A stretch of 34,542 bases of DNA, taken from a virus (Duplodnaviria > Caudoviricetes). Position numbers and translations under genes: made by a program. Where the stretch lies: IMG/VR virus record IMGVR_UViG_3300017589_000150, positions 1-34,542 of that record. The stretch is one strand, 5' to 3'. Below, piece after piece: positions 16,495-25,121 of this stretch. Below the pieces are notes generated by a model. The model saw only the letters and a list, made by a program, of their open reading frames with translations. It ran no database searches and was not told where the DNA came from. Position 1 is the first letter of the stretch, and every line of letters starts with the position of its first letter.

Positions 16495-18237
16495 TTAAAT
16501 AAGCGCCCTGTAATCTTCGTAATGCCGCTCCAATGCTACATACGCATCCAGAAGCGACGCCGTGCCGTCAATACGCCGCCGTTGGCTGCTGCCTTTTATT
16601 GGCTGGATATTATCGTTCTTGTCTACTTCTATTGAAGTATTCGAAAGACACCACTTGAGAATAGGGTTGTTGTTATAGTTGATGATCTTCGATTCAAGAT
16701 CCGCGCCAAGTGATTTCATGGGCGATGAAAGGGTTTTCTTCCCCTGTATTACGCCTTCCATTGCTTCGCTGCCGAGGAAATCTTTCATCTCTTCGACAAA
16801 ATATGTGGCCGACCAGTTGTCATATCCAAAGTACGATAGATATATATCGTGCTCCTCCTGTATTTCCCTGAACCATTCGACGACGTGCTTGTAGTGGACT
16901 TTGTTGCCTGGGCAGGTCCTTAAGAGACCCATGTTCTTCCATGTCGAATAAGGGATCTTGTCGTCGCACTCCCTTGCCTCGAGTATGTCTTCGGGTATCC
17001 AGTACATCTGCAGGACGTAGATGTGAGGATCGTCAGGCACCATGAAGAGAACTGTGGCGCATGTTAGGTCCACGGTAGACGAAAGGTCTGCGCCGCCTAT
17101 TCCATATCTGGGTTTTAAAAGCGCCAGATCGAACGTTTCCGTGTTGTTGAGCTGTTCAAATGTGAGCCAGGCTTCCGACGCGGTTTCCCTTACGTTGAAA
17201 TCCTTTGTTACCAGGTTCCTCACCAGCAGCGGGTTTTTCTTCGCTTTCTCAACCTTGCCGGCAAGTATGCTGAGGCTTTTTATGGTGCCGAGCCCCGGGT
17301 TGGCTTTTTTCCAGCATGCCGGGTCCTGCCACTCGCTGCGCTTATCGAGCTCGTATATGATGGGAAGGACGCGCTCGTCGCGATATCCGTCCGGATCGCC
17401 GTAGCCGTTTATTATCTGTACGCATTCGTCATATTTAAGATCGAATATGCCTTCGCGCAGGGTTCCTGCCGTCGATACGATTATTGAAAGCGGCTGTTCC
17501 CTGGCGCTCATTCCGTCGATGATGACATCGTAGAGGTTTTTGTCCGCTATGGCATGGAGTTCGTCTATGAGTGAGCAATGGACGTTAAGACCGTCGAGCG
17601 TCCCGCTTTCAGAGGATAGCGGCTTGAATACTCCGTCGTTCGCATCGCATATGATTTCACCTACAAGCGCTTTTGCACGTCTGGAAAGCACCGGCGATTT
17701 TTTGACCATCCGCTTGCCTTCAAGCCAGATTATTTTCGCCTGGTCTCTTTTTGTTGCTGCAGATACTACTTCCGGCCCGTTTTCGCCGTCGGCCAGGAGC
17801 ATGTAGAGCGCTATCGCGCTGCCCAGGGTAGATTTGCCGTTTTTGCGGGCCACGATAAGTATCAGTTCGCGGTACTTGCGGGTCCCGTCTATTTTATGGA
17901 CGAAGCCGAATGCTGCGGCGATTAAAGCCTTTTCCCATAATTCGAGGATAAAGGGCTCTTTGCCCATCTTGCCTTTGGAATGCCGGCAGTATTTTTCAAT
18001 GAAGGATATTGGGTGCTGCGCTTTGTTTTCGCTGTATTCCCATTCGCTGTTTTTGTCGTCTAAATCCCGGACGAGCTTTTTATATACTTTGTAAACCTTG
18101 CGGCTTACGATTTCCCTGCCGGAGCGTATTTCTTCCCAGTACTGCCGTATGGGGTTCGTTCTTCCAGTGAGCAGCTCGGCGCTCAGTCTGGCTAGATTTG
18201 CCTCACTCTTTTTCGTTGACGAAGGCTTCGAATTCAT
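16495..18237 (-). CDS. terL: Terminase large subunit
   Basis: VARKNGKST Walker A, IDELH Walker B, STAG, GADLSSTVD, RIDG nuclease motifs. Confidence 0.97.
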   Translation of the reverse strand: MNSKPSSTKKSEANLARLSAELLTGRTNPIRQYWEEIRSGREIVSRKVYKVYKKLVRDLDDKNSEWEYSENKAQHPISFIEKYCRHSKGKMGKEPFILELWEKALIAAAFGFVHKIDGTRKYRELILIVARKNGKSTLGSAIALYMLLADGENGPEVVSAATKRDQAKIIWLEGKRMVKKSPVLSRRAKALVGEIICDANDGVFKPLSSESGTLDGLNVHCSLIDELHAIADKNLYDVIIDGMSAREQPLSIIVSTAGTLREGIFDLKYDECVQIINGYGDPDGYRDERVLPIIYELDKRSEWQDPACWKKANPGLGTIKSLSILAGKVEKAKKNPLLVRNLVTKDFNVRETASEAWLTFEQLNNTETFDLALLKPRYGIGGADLSSTVDLTCATVLFMVPDDPHIYVLQMYWIPEDILEARECDDKIPYSTWKNMGLLRTCPGNKVHYKHVVEWFREIQEEHDIYLSYFGYDNWSATYFVEEMKDFLGSEAMEGVIQGKKTLSSPMKSLGADLESKIINYNNNPILKWCLSNTSIEVDKNDNIQPIKGSSQRRRIDGTASLLDAYVALERHYEDYRALI

Positions 18238-18568
18238 CTTCCGGCTCCTTCGGCGGCTCTTTGACGACGAATTCCGTCAGCTGCTTCATGATCCCCTGGT
18301 AGTTTTTGTTCATTGTGTTGTAAAGCCTGGCTATCGGGCGCTCCCTTTCATAAGGCTGAACATCCTTGCTCTGAGAGAAAAATTCTATAAACCCGTTCTC
18401 GTCCAGATCAGCTTCCATATCCTCAAGCGTCACGCGCATAAATGCCGCCCTTCGAAGAAGTCCTTCTATGGCGGCACGTTCTTTTTCCGACAACTCTCTG
18501 TAAATATCGCTAGTTCTCTTGAATTCTTTCTTGATTCTTTCATCTTTGCTTAACTCTTTCTTTTTCAA
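18203..18568 (-). CDS. terS: Terminase small subunit
   Basis: AAFMRVTLED, ERERP..RLYNTMNKNY; TTG start at 18568 after AAAGGAGG. Confidence 0.85.
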   Translation of the reverse strand: MKKKELSKDERIKKEFKRTSDIYRELSEKERAAIEGLLRRAAFMRVTLEDMEADLDENGFIEFFSQSKDVQPYERERPIARLYNTMNKNYQGIMKQLTEFVVKEPPKEPEDEFEAFVNEKE

Positions 18569-18579
18569 GTCACCGCCTC

Positions 18580-18680
18580 CTTTTTCGGGTGGGGGGTCAC
18601 GCGCGCGGCCTGCGTGTTTTCCGAAGCTCCACGTTCCGGTCTGGCTTTTCGGCACTTCAAAGGTCAAATAGGGGGGGATT
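18580..18680. other. Candidate cos/packaging region
   Basis: GC-rich intergenic stretch with C/G runs between HNH and terS, the usual cos location in HNH-associated HK97-like phages; exact site not determined. Confidence 0.45.
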
Positions 18681-18960
18681 TTACCGCGATTAATTGCCCA
18701 TTTATGTCAAATTTCACGTCTTTTCTGGTGATTTCTTTGCCGAAATGTTCCCTGTTATGGCACTCAAGACAGAGATATTCGAGATTGTCCCAGTTCAACG
18801 TGATGTTTGGATCGTTCTCATTATCATCTGTGATATTGGTTTTATGATGAACAATGTAGCCTGGCTGTTTGCATCTTTCACATAGATAGAAGACCGAAGC
18901 CGCGTATGCGTCTTTGCACTTAAGCCATTCAGGGCTGTTGTAGAAATTCCTTCTTGCCAC
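18664..18960 (-). CDS. Terminase-associated HNH endonuclease (HK97 gp74-like)
   Basis: FYNSPEW, CERC, VHH, NLEYLCLECHNREH; GTG start at 18960 after GAGG. Confidence 0.92.
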   Translation of the reverse strand: MARRNFYNSPEWLKCKDAYAASVFYLCERCKQPGYIVHHKTNITDDNENDPNITLNWDNLEYLCLECHNREHFGKEITRKDVKFDINGQLIAVKSPPI

Positions 18961-18973
18961 TTGAAACACCTCG

Positions 18974-19134
18974 CGAATGCAACATAAATATTTACCCTCA
19001 AAATGAACGCAACATAACGAGGCAACGTCATATTCATGAGGAATTGCCTTAAAGACAGTCATGAAGGCTTTCCGCAGCCTCCGTTTCCCCTGTAATAAAT
19101 ACGAATGCACCATAACGGTATTTTGTAGTATTCG
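18974..19134. repeat. Three GAAYGCAMCATAA direct repeats, the third forming an imperfect 13-7-13 palindrome
   Basis: Copies at 18974-18987, 19004-19017, 19102-19115; inverted arm at 19121-19134. Confidence 0.6.
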
Positions 19135-19225
19135 AGATAGGAACGCCAAAGCCGGACAGAAACGGAAGAAACATAATACATGCAGCCCTTATCCATGATG
19201 CAGGATTTCGTAACGTCAGTATTGG

Positions 19226-19837
19226 TTAAATGTTTAAGCTCTTAATTAGATCGTCAGTTTCGTCTTTGGTTATTCCAATGTAGGCAAGCGTGACCTCCGG
19301 CGATGAGTGGTTGAGCATGAACTGGATGCGTGTTATGTCTGTCCCGGCAGCATACAGTGCGTAACCAAAGGTCTTCCTCATCGTGTGGGTTCCGACCCTG
19401 TACCTTATGCCGGCTTCGCGCGCTGCATCGTGAAGCGCCCTCCATGCCGCTGACCTGGTAATAGCCCTGCTTCCGCCGCCCTTCCTTGAAGGAAAAAGCG
19501 GCGATTTGGAGCCTTCCGGAAAAGCCAGAATACCGGATTTTATTACGTATTCTTTTATCGCGTCTTTTGCGGCTTTATTGAGCGGAATATCGCGGTTTTT
19601 CTTTGTTTTTTTCTCAATTATTTCTATTGAATCAGCGATCCTGATGCGGCTTGGAACAGATGCAGGATCGAGGATGTCTTCCACTTTGAGCTTCAGTATG
19701 TCCGAGGCTCGAAGGCCGGTGTTCGCTCCAAAGGTAAACATGGCCCAGTCCCTTATGTTCCTGCGCCTTAGCGCGTTCTTGAACCGTTCAACCTCGTTCT
19801 TTTCCCTAAGTGGCTGTACCTTCTGCATCTGTATCAC
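19226..19837 (-). CDS. Small tyrosine recombinase (catalytic domain only)
   Basis: TGLRASDIL (R), EKKT (K), HTMRKT (HxxR), LNHSS (H), TLAY (Y) all intact; 203 aa. Confidence 0.93.
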   Translation of the reverse strand: MIQMQKVQPLREKNEVERFKNALRRRNIRDWAMFTFGANTGLRASDILKLKVEDILDPASVPSRIRIADSIEIIEKKTKKNRDIPLNKAAKDAIKEYVIKSGILAFPEGSKSPLFPSRKGGGSRAITRSAAWRALHDAAREAGIRYRVGTHTMRKTFGYALYAAGTDITRIQFMLNHSSPEVTLAYIGITKDETDDLIKSLNI

Positions 19838-20585
19838 CCCGCTTTTTTATTAAATTTTCTATACGCTCTTTTGTCATAAGACAGAAATCCTCAGACATCT
19901 CCATTCCTATCCATTTGCGGCCCGTTGCTTCACATGCGGCAGCCGTAGTTCCGGAGCCCATGCAGTTGTCCAGAACGGTTTCACCTGGAATCGTGTATGT
20001 GCTAATAAACCACTCGAACAATGCCTGCGGCTTCTCAGTAGGATGTTTTGTCTGCCCTTCCTGCGGAAAACGTAGCACGCTTCTTGGATAGCGTGTCCCG
20101 GTGTTGTTCTCGGATTTCTGCTCCCTGAATTTCCCGTATATGGACGTGTGTTTTCCGTTCTCTTTCGATTTGTACGGTGTTCCGTGTGTCATCTGCGGCA
20201 TGTATGTTGGCAGATGGCGGTAGAATACAAGAATGTTTTCATGTGCCCGAAGCGGCATCTTGTTTGCATTGAGAAAGCCAAGCGCCTTTGCTTTCTCCCA
20301 TATCAGCTCATAGCGGAATTTGAACATCCTTCCGGACGATAATATAAGCTCCGTAGCAAAAGGCTGCTGCGCAGTAAGCACAACAGCCCCGTTTTCCTTG
20401 ACCACACGTCCCCATTCGCGCCAGAGCGGCACAAGCGGGATCTTTACGTCCCATTTGCAATCGGTGATGCCATAAGGCAAATCGCAAAGGACCATATCTA
20501 CTGAACCGTTCAGTATCTTTCCGAAATGCTCCATGCAATCTCCATGATAAAGCTGACCAAGTTCTGTTTTAAAATATAGTGACAT
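19806..20585 (-). CDS. Orphan DNA amino-methyltransferase (beta class)
   Basis: Motif IV DLPY precedes HPTEKP and motif I DNCMGSGTT. Confidence 0.92.
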   Translation of the reverse strand: MSLYFKTELGQLYHGDCMEHFGKILNGSVDMVLCDLPYGITDCKWDVKIPLVPLWREWGRVVKENGAVVLTAQQPFATELILSSGRMFKFRYELIWEKAKALGFLNANKMPLRAHENILVFYRHLPTYMPQMTHGTPYKSKENGKHTSIYGKFREQKSENNTGTRYPRSVLRFPQEGQTKHPTEKPQALFEWFISTYTIPGETVLDNCMGSGTTAAACEATGRKWIGMEMSEDFCLMTKERIENLIKKRGDTDAEGTAT

Positions 20586-20643
20586 ACAGACACCTCGTAT
20601 ATAATATAAGTTGTCTATGTGTCTGTATCACATAGATGAAAAA

Positions 20644-20677
20644 GAGGCGGTGAAGAGTGGCCGCTCTTCCCGCCTCA
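20644..20677 (-). terminator. Hairpin, terminator-like on the minus strand
   Basis: GAGGCGG-T-GAAGAG/CTCTTC-CCGCCTC followed by T5 on the minus strand. Confidence 0.5.
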
Positions 20678-20701
20678 ACATCTGGTTCATTTATAACTGC
20701 G

Positions 20702-20769
20702 AATAATACGTATTATTTATACGTACTTATATTTTATACTTGACATGCAATAATATAGGGGTGTAATAT
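20702..20769 (+). promoter_or_regulatory. hicAB promoter with upstream palindromic operator candidate
   Basis: Perfect 16-bp palindrome AATAATACGTATTATT (20702-20717); TTGACA 20740-20745; TGTAAT/TAATAT at 20762-20769. Confidence 0.55.
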
Positions 20770-20833
20770 CACCGTTGTGGTGGTACGACACCACCGCTAT
20801 ATCCCTATTTAAGGAATAAGGAGGTGATAGCGC

Positions 20834-21025
20834 ATAACTTCTGCTCAGGTATGCCGTATTCTTAAGGGAGCAGGATGGATCGAGACAACCAGGGGTAACG
20901 GAAGCCACAAGCTGTTTATCAATCCATCCACAGGAGCAACAACGACTGTTCCCAAAAGTAAGGGTATTCCAAAGGGAACACTGGCTGCAATACGACGCCA
21001 GACAGGAATTGACGAAATACGCTAA
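20834..21025 (+). CDS. hicA: HicA toxin with ATA start codon (absent from the ORF track)
   Basis: Manual translation: (I/M)TSAQVCRILKGAGWIETTRGNGSHKLFINPSTGATTTVPKSKGIPKGTLAAIRRQTGIDEIR*; GSH catalytic motif; SD AAGGAGGTGA. Confidence 0.9.
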   Translation: MTSAQVCRILKGAGWIETTRGNGSHKLFINPSTGATTTVPKSKGIPKGTLAAIRRQTGIDEIR

Positions 21026-21103
21026 TCCAGAGCGGGCAATCCCCGCTCTGGACCCTAAAAAAATAAAAATAACAATCGTACAATTATGAAAGGAGAATTC
21101 CAA

Positions 21104-21514
21104 ATGCAAAAAAAAGACTTCGCTGTCTATCCAGCGGTATTTGATTATGCAGATGATGGTATAACCATCACATTCCCTGATCTGCCTGGATGTATTTCTT
21201 GTGCTGATACTCAGGAAGAAGCCGTCTATATGGCAAAAGACGCGCTTGGCTGCTGGATTGCGGGCAATGAAGATCTTGGCAATGTTATATCAGCCCCATC
21301 AAAGGTCGCTGAACTGTGCCTTGAGCCCAATCAGTCCGCATGCCTTATAGATGTTTGGCTTCCCATTTATAGGGAAGAAAAACGTGCAGGCAGCGTAAAG
21401 AAAAATGTAACTGTACCTGTATGGCTGAATTCACTGGCAGAAAAACAAAACCTCAATTTCTCGCAGGTGTTGCAAGCCGGATTAAAAGCCTCACTTGGTA
21501 TCCAGGACAGGTAA
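21104..21514 (+). CDS. hicB: HicB antitoxin
   Basis: YPAVF, FPDLPGCIS..DT.EEA..MA.DAL, VKKNVTVP.WLN, NFSQVLQ; ATG 21104 after AAAGGAG. Confidence 0.95.
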   Translation: MQKKDFAVYPAVFDYADDGITITFPDLPGCISCADTQEEAVYMAKDALGCWIAGNEDLGNVISAPSKVAELCLEPNQSACLIDVWLPIYREEKRAGSVKKNVTVPVWLNSLAEKQNLNFSQVLQAGLKASLGIQDR

Positions 21515-21526
21515 GGAATCAGCTTT

Positions 21527-21566
21527 CAATAAAGCCCGCCCTTCATATGAAGGGCGGGCTTTATTG
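21527..21566. terminator. Perfect 40-bp palindrome, bidirectional terminator
   Basis: CAATAAAGCCCGCCCTTCATATGAAGGGCGGGCTTTATTG between convergent hicB and the late regulator. Confidence 0.8.
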
Positions 21567-21627
21567 TTTCACATTCTATTTGCACAATAATATTTTACCA
21601 TACTTGACTTTCCTCTAACAGCCCTGC

Positions 21628-22164
21628 TTAACGGCGGTTAACATACCACTTAACTGGCGTATATTGAGAACTTAGCAGCTGCCCCCTGAGGTAAACCTCG
21701 CGTGATATGTGAAGTATCGCAAGGTCACGTTCCCTGTCCATAGTCCTTATGCTCATATTATAATTTGAAGCAACCTGCATTTTGGTCATAAAGCCCGGTG
21801 ATTTTAACATTGAGAGATCTCTTAAAATAGATATTCTTTCAGGACATTCTTTTTCATACCAGGCGAATATATTATAAAAAAGATCAAGCCCTCCGTTACT
21901 GTCGATAACATCCCGTATCTGGTCGGCACTTTCTATTATCTTCTGTGCGACAGGCACTTTGTCCCCGCCGTCGATATGGCAGCCTGCATCACCGCCGCGG
22001 CGTACAATACTCACCATTTCCGATATCTCCGCCGTATCAGGAAACGGAGTACGGTTTGTAAAAGGGTACAGGCCAAGCGGATAATGGCTAAGAAACAGAT
22101 ACAGCAGCCCCATGATCTGCTTCATCCCTCTTGGTATATATCTCTCAGTCCTGAGTCTTGGCAT
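21628..22164 (-). CDS. Putative late-transcription regulator with C-terminal HTH (RinA/ArpU-like position)
   Basis: TKMQVASNYNMSIRTMDRERDLAI HTH; last early gene; TGGTAAAAT extended -10 just downstream (21600-21592, minus). Confidence 0.55.
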   Translation of the reverse strand: MPRLRTERYIPRGMKQIMGLLYLFLSHYPLGLYPFTNRTPFPDTAEISEMVSIVRRGGDAGCHIDGGDKVPVAQKIIESADQIRDVIDSNGGLDLFYNIFAWYEKECPERISILRDLSMLKSPGFMTKMQVASNYNMSIRTMDRERDLAILHISREVYLRGQLLSSQYTPVKWYVNRR

Positions 22165-22196
22165 GTTTCCACCTTCCCTGCTTTTAATAAAACCGG

Positions 22197-23060
22197 TTAC
22201 GCTATCAATACATTCTGCCTGAAATCACTGCAGCCCTTCAGGACGATGTAGTATCCGTACGAATTGTCGCTCATGCGGCTTGCAATCATAGCGCCCCTTT
22301 TGCCGGCCAGATTGGCAAACTGGTTCATATCCATGGCATTCGATGTTATCGCCATGGGTTTCTTTTCTCGGTATCTGTAATCTATAAGTTCGAATAGCCT
22401 TTCCGTAACCCACAGGTTGTCGCGCTGTGCGCCAAGGTCGTCAATAACAGTAAAATCAGCCGCTTTTACTGCGGATTCTATTTTGAGCGTCCTGTCCTCG
22501 AACCCGGCTTTTATACTGTCCAGAAGTTCTATTACTGAAATAAATACCGCGCTTTTTCCGCGGCTTATATATTCATGTGCCATTGCTATGGACAGGTGTG
22601 TTTTGCCGGAGCCCGGATCTCCCATAAGTACAAGCGACAACCCCTGCGCTGCGCAGTCTTCAGCAAGCAGTTTTGCCTTCTTCACCTGATCGTCGCACCT
22701 TAACGTCGAAAATGTGCTGAACCTGCAGTTTTTATAACGTTCTGGTATTCCACTGTTTTCGATTATCCTGTCTATCCTGGACTGTTCCTGTACAGCGGAC
22801 ACATTGCTGCATGCGCCAGCGCGGACCGTGAATTCATACTGGGTATGCCAGCCTTTTTCCCTGCTTATAACGATTTTCTGTCCGTTTGTAGGACAGTTTT
22901 TTATTCCAGGACAGCCAAGTTCGCAGTTTTCACGCCTGCGTGCCCACTTAAGACGCCCTGTATCCGTTATATCGTCGAAAGATGCGTCAGGATATGTTTC
23001 ACGCAGCCATTCAAGCAGATCCAGTTTTTCCATTTCCTGCAGCCGGCTTAGTTCATTCAC
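22197..23060 (-). CDS. dnaC: DnaC/IstB-like helicase loader ATPase
   Basis: SGIPERY, GDPGSGKTHL, IDDLG, IDYRY, ITSN, IASRM; GTG start at 23060. Confidence 0.9.
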   Translation of the reverse strand: MNELSRLQEMEKLDLLEWLRETYPDASFDDITDTGRLKWARRRENCELGCPGIKNCPTNGQKIVISREKGWHTQYEFTVRAGACSNVSAVQEQSRIDRIIENSGIPERYKNCRFSTFSTLRCDDQVKKAKLLAEDCAAQGLSLVLMGDPGSGKTHLSIAMAHEYISRGKSAVFISVIELLDSIKAGFEDRTLKIESAVKAADFTVIDDLGAQRDNLWVTERLFELIDYRYREKKPMAITSNAMDMNQFANLAGKRGAMIASRMSDNSYGYYIVLKGCSDFRQNVLIA

Positions 23061-23895
23061 GCCTGACACCCCCTCCGTATTTTTCCTCAAGCCATCTCTC
23101 GTGCGCCGTTTCCTGTTCCCTGGTTACTACAAGCCTCTGCGGCGGCTGTATTTCTTGCACGGTTTTAGGCTTGTCCTTTTTTGAATTCTGCCTCTTCAGG
23201 GACTCATAGATGTACTCGAAAGTAAGCTCGGCAGGCGGGCGTCCCTTACGGGCAAAACGTTCAAGCGCAATAACGATTTCCTGCTGCACCCGTGCGGGAT
23301 AATGTCTTTTCTCAAGGGCCATTACTGCCCCTATTTCTGACGGGATAAGGCCTTTTCTCCCAGTTTTAAGCAGGAGGTATTCAGCAGTGCTGCGCATTGC
23401 GTTCGGTATTTTTTCCATGAGGTCAGAAGATATGCCGGAAGCTCCTGCTTCCTCCGTAGGAGCTTCTTTTGATTCTCGTAATACTGGTTCTAGTAATTGG
23501 CCTGCACATTCTGCAGCCCTAGGGGTGCATGGTGTGCAGTCTTGGGGTGCATATATTGCAGTCTGGTTCGCCCTGTGTCCTATGAGGGTATATTTTGAAG
23601 CGCACTGATGCCCTTCCTTGAATGTCATTTCAACCTTGATATAGCCTCTCTCTTTAAGTTCCTTGACTGCATATCTGACCTGACGTTCGCTGATTCCAGC
23701 CGTATCTGCTAATGTTTTTATCCTAACGGACCATGTTCTCGACTTTACATCCATGTATGTCGCCAGGAGTGCGTAAACGCCCTTTGCAACAAAAGACAGA
23801 TTCTTGTCCTGCATAACGCAGATATCCAGGTGTGCAAACCAGAAATCACGATCATCCGAGATCTGTATGTTCTCTTCCTGAGATTTTTTATTCAT
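23053..23895 (-). CDS. Phage replication initiator (N-terminal winged HTH)
   Basis: LSFVAKGVYALL, TLADTAGISERQVRYAVKELKERGYI; upstream of dnaC; contains iterons. Confidence 0.85.
   Translation of the reverse strand: MNKKSQEENIQISDDRDFWFAHLDICVMQDKNLSFVAKGVYALLATYMDVKSRTWSVRIKTLADTAGISERQVRYAVKELKERGYIKVEMTFKEGHQCASKYTLIGHRANQTAIYAPQDCTPCTPRAAECAGQLLEPVLRESKEAPTEEAGASGISSDLMEKIPNAMRSTAEYLLLKTGRKGLIPSEIGAVMALEKRHYPARVQQEIVIALERFARKGRPPAELTFEYIYESLKRQNSKKDKPKTVQEIQPPQRLVVTREQETAHERWLEEKYGGGVRRE
23503..23561. repeat. Putative origin iterons, 3x TGCA-N5-TGCAG
   Basis: Copies start at 23503, 23526, 23548 (23 and 22 bp apart) within the initiator linker. Confidence 0.7.
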
Positions 23896-23897
23896 GG

Positions 23898-24341
23898 TTA
23901 CCCCATTTGAGGTTCATAAACGGAAGGGTCAAAATCATCCGAAGGAAGCTGTCCGTCTCTGTCGGATGGAGTGTAGCTGTCAGCTTCGGAGAAATTCTTA
24001 GGCATCCATATGACACGGCTTAACGTATGGTTCCACAGCGTGGCACATATGACACATGCCATCCTGCCGTCTTTTGTCGGGTATACATGAGGCTTGGGAT
24101 CTCGGACAAGGGCGCGGACCTTTTCACCCTTCTGCAGCCCTTCAAAGGCAAGTTTAGAGGCGTAGTCGCCCCACGCCGAGAGCTCCCACCACGCCTGGTT
24201 GCTGTTGTCGTAGCTTCCGTCGCTGCGGCGTTCGCTTTTGCCTGTGGCAATCATGATTTTATAGACACGTTTGCCGTTTTTGGTTGTTGTGTCCTGTATA
24301 GAGGCGATATGCCCCTGTATTTCGATACTAGCCGTTCCCAT
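23898..24341 (-). CDS. ssb: Single-stranded DNA-binding protein
   Basis: TTKNGK, W..SAWG, LQKGEKV OB-fold motifs and acidic tail; ATG 24341 after AAGGAGG. Confidence 0.8.
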   Translation of the reverse strand: MGTASIEIQGHIASIQDTTTKNGKRVYKIMIATGKSERRSDGSYDNSNQAWWELSAWGDYASKLAFEGLQKGEKVRALVRDPKPHVYPTKDGRMACVICATLWNHTLSRVIWMPKNFSEADSYTPSDRDGQLPSDDFDPSVYEPQMG

Positions 24342-24538
24342 CAGAGAACACCTCCTTGTACTTTTTGCACAGGCTGCCACCTCGGGCACCAGTACTTATC
24401 GTGCGGACTAAATTCACGCTGCTCTATCCTGTGCCCGTTATGGCACTCGACCAAATGCAGCATCTCTGTTATCCAGCGGCCACTGATAAAGCAGCCACAG
24501 TTGAAACAGTCGCCGTGTTTATCAGCAGCGTTTGTCAC
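24341..24538 (-). CDS. Small Cys-rich (possible Zn-binding) hypothetical protein
   Basis: CFNC...C...CPRW; translationally coupled on both sides. Confidence 0.6.
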   Translation of the reverse strand: MTNAADKHGDCFNCGCFISGRWITEMLHLVECHNGHRIEQREFSPHDKYWCPRWQPVQKVQGGVL

Positions 24539-24879
24539 AGCGATATTTCTTTCTGGCCGTTCATGTAACGGATTGGCATACCCTTTTTCCTGGCAAAGTC
24601 AATTTCCATTTTGCAGCCCGACGATGTTTCCCAGTCTCCGAAGACCCATATTTCATCGCAGCTGTCCAGCAATGCAAAACAATGCTGCATTGCTGTCCGC
24701 TGATCACATTCGAGCGCTTCCATATAATTGAAGGCGTGAATAGGAGAGAAAGGGATAATTTCCCCGGTTGAAGATAATAATTGGCATATAGCGGTGGCGT
24801 CTTTTGTATTTTTTATGACTTTTTCTTCTGTATACGGATAAGCACCCCTTAATGGATGCGCTATATATATTCTTTTCAT
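24535..24879 (-). CDS. DUF4406/DUF1937-like (nucleoside deoxyribosyltransferase-fold) protein
   Basis: IYIAHP, PFSP, LLDSCDEIWVFGDWETSSGCKMEIDFA. Confidence 0.8.
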   Translation of the reverse strand: MKRIYIAHPLRGAYPYTEEKVIKNTKDATAICQLLSSTGEIIPFSPIHAFNYMEALECDQRTAMQHCFALLDSCDEIWVFGDWETSSGCKMEIDFARKKGMPIRYMNGQKEISL

Positions 24880-25043
24880 GCCTGGATATCCTCCTTATTG
24901 AATATAAACAAATTACACTCGTCAGCATCGTTGCCCTTCCAGTGCAGCCGTCCGTCTGCGAAACACCTGCGAAGGTTAGAACTACTGAAATTGTCACACC
25001 GGTCAAAATTGCCGCAGTCCATACATCTCAACTCACTCCACAT
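24876..25043 (-). CDS. 55-aa Cys-rich hypothetical protein (below the ORF-track cutoff)
   Basis: MWSELRCMDCGNFDRC...RRC...DECNLF...; ATGA overlap with the next gene. Confidence 0.6.
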   Translation of the reverse strand: MWSELRCMDCGNFDRCDNFSSSNLRRCFADGRLHWKGNDADECNLFIFNKEDIQA

Positions 25044-25121
25044 GATGCCACCACCCTATGTGCTATAATCGGCTCGAGGTGTTATCCCACCTCAAAAACT
25101 TTTCAAATGAAAAGTTTTCTC

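Noticed and set aside
1818-18885. Numerous plus-strand ORFs in the track across lysis, tail, head and packaging modules
   Set aside because: Antisense shadows of well-supported minus-strand genes; no motifs or SDs.
19226-19837. This recombinase as the prophage integrase
   Set aside because: Too short, lacks the arm-binding domain and sits in the late region; a P4-type integrase end is present at 3-143.
20717-21109. 130-aa minus-strand ORF
   Set aside because: Antisense shadow of hicA.
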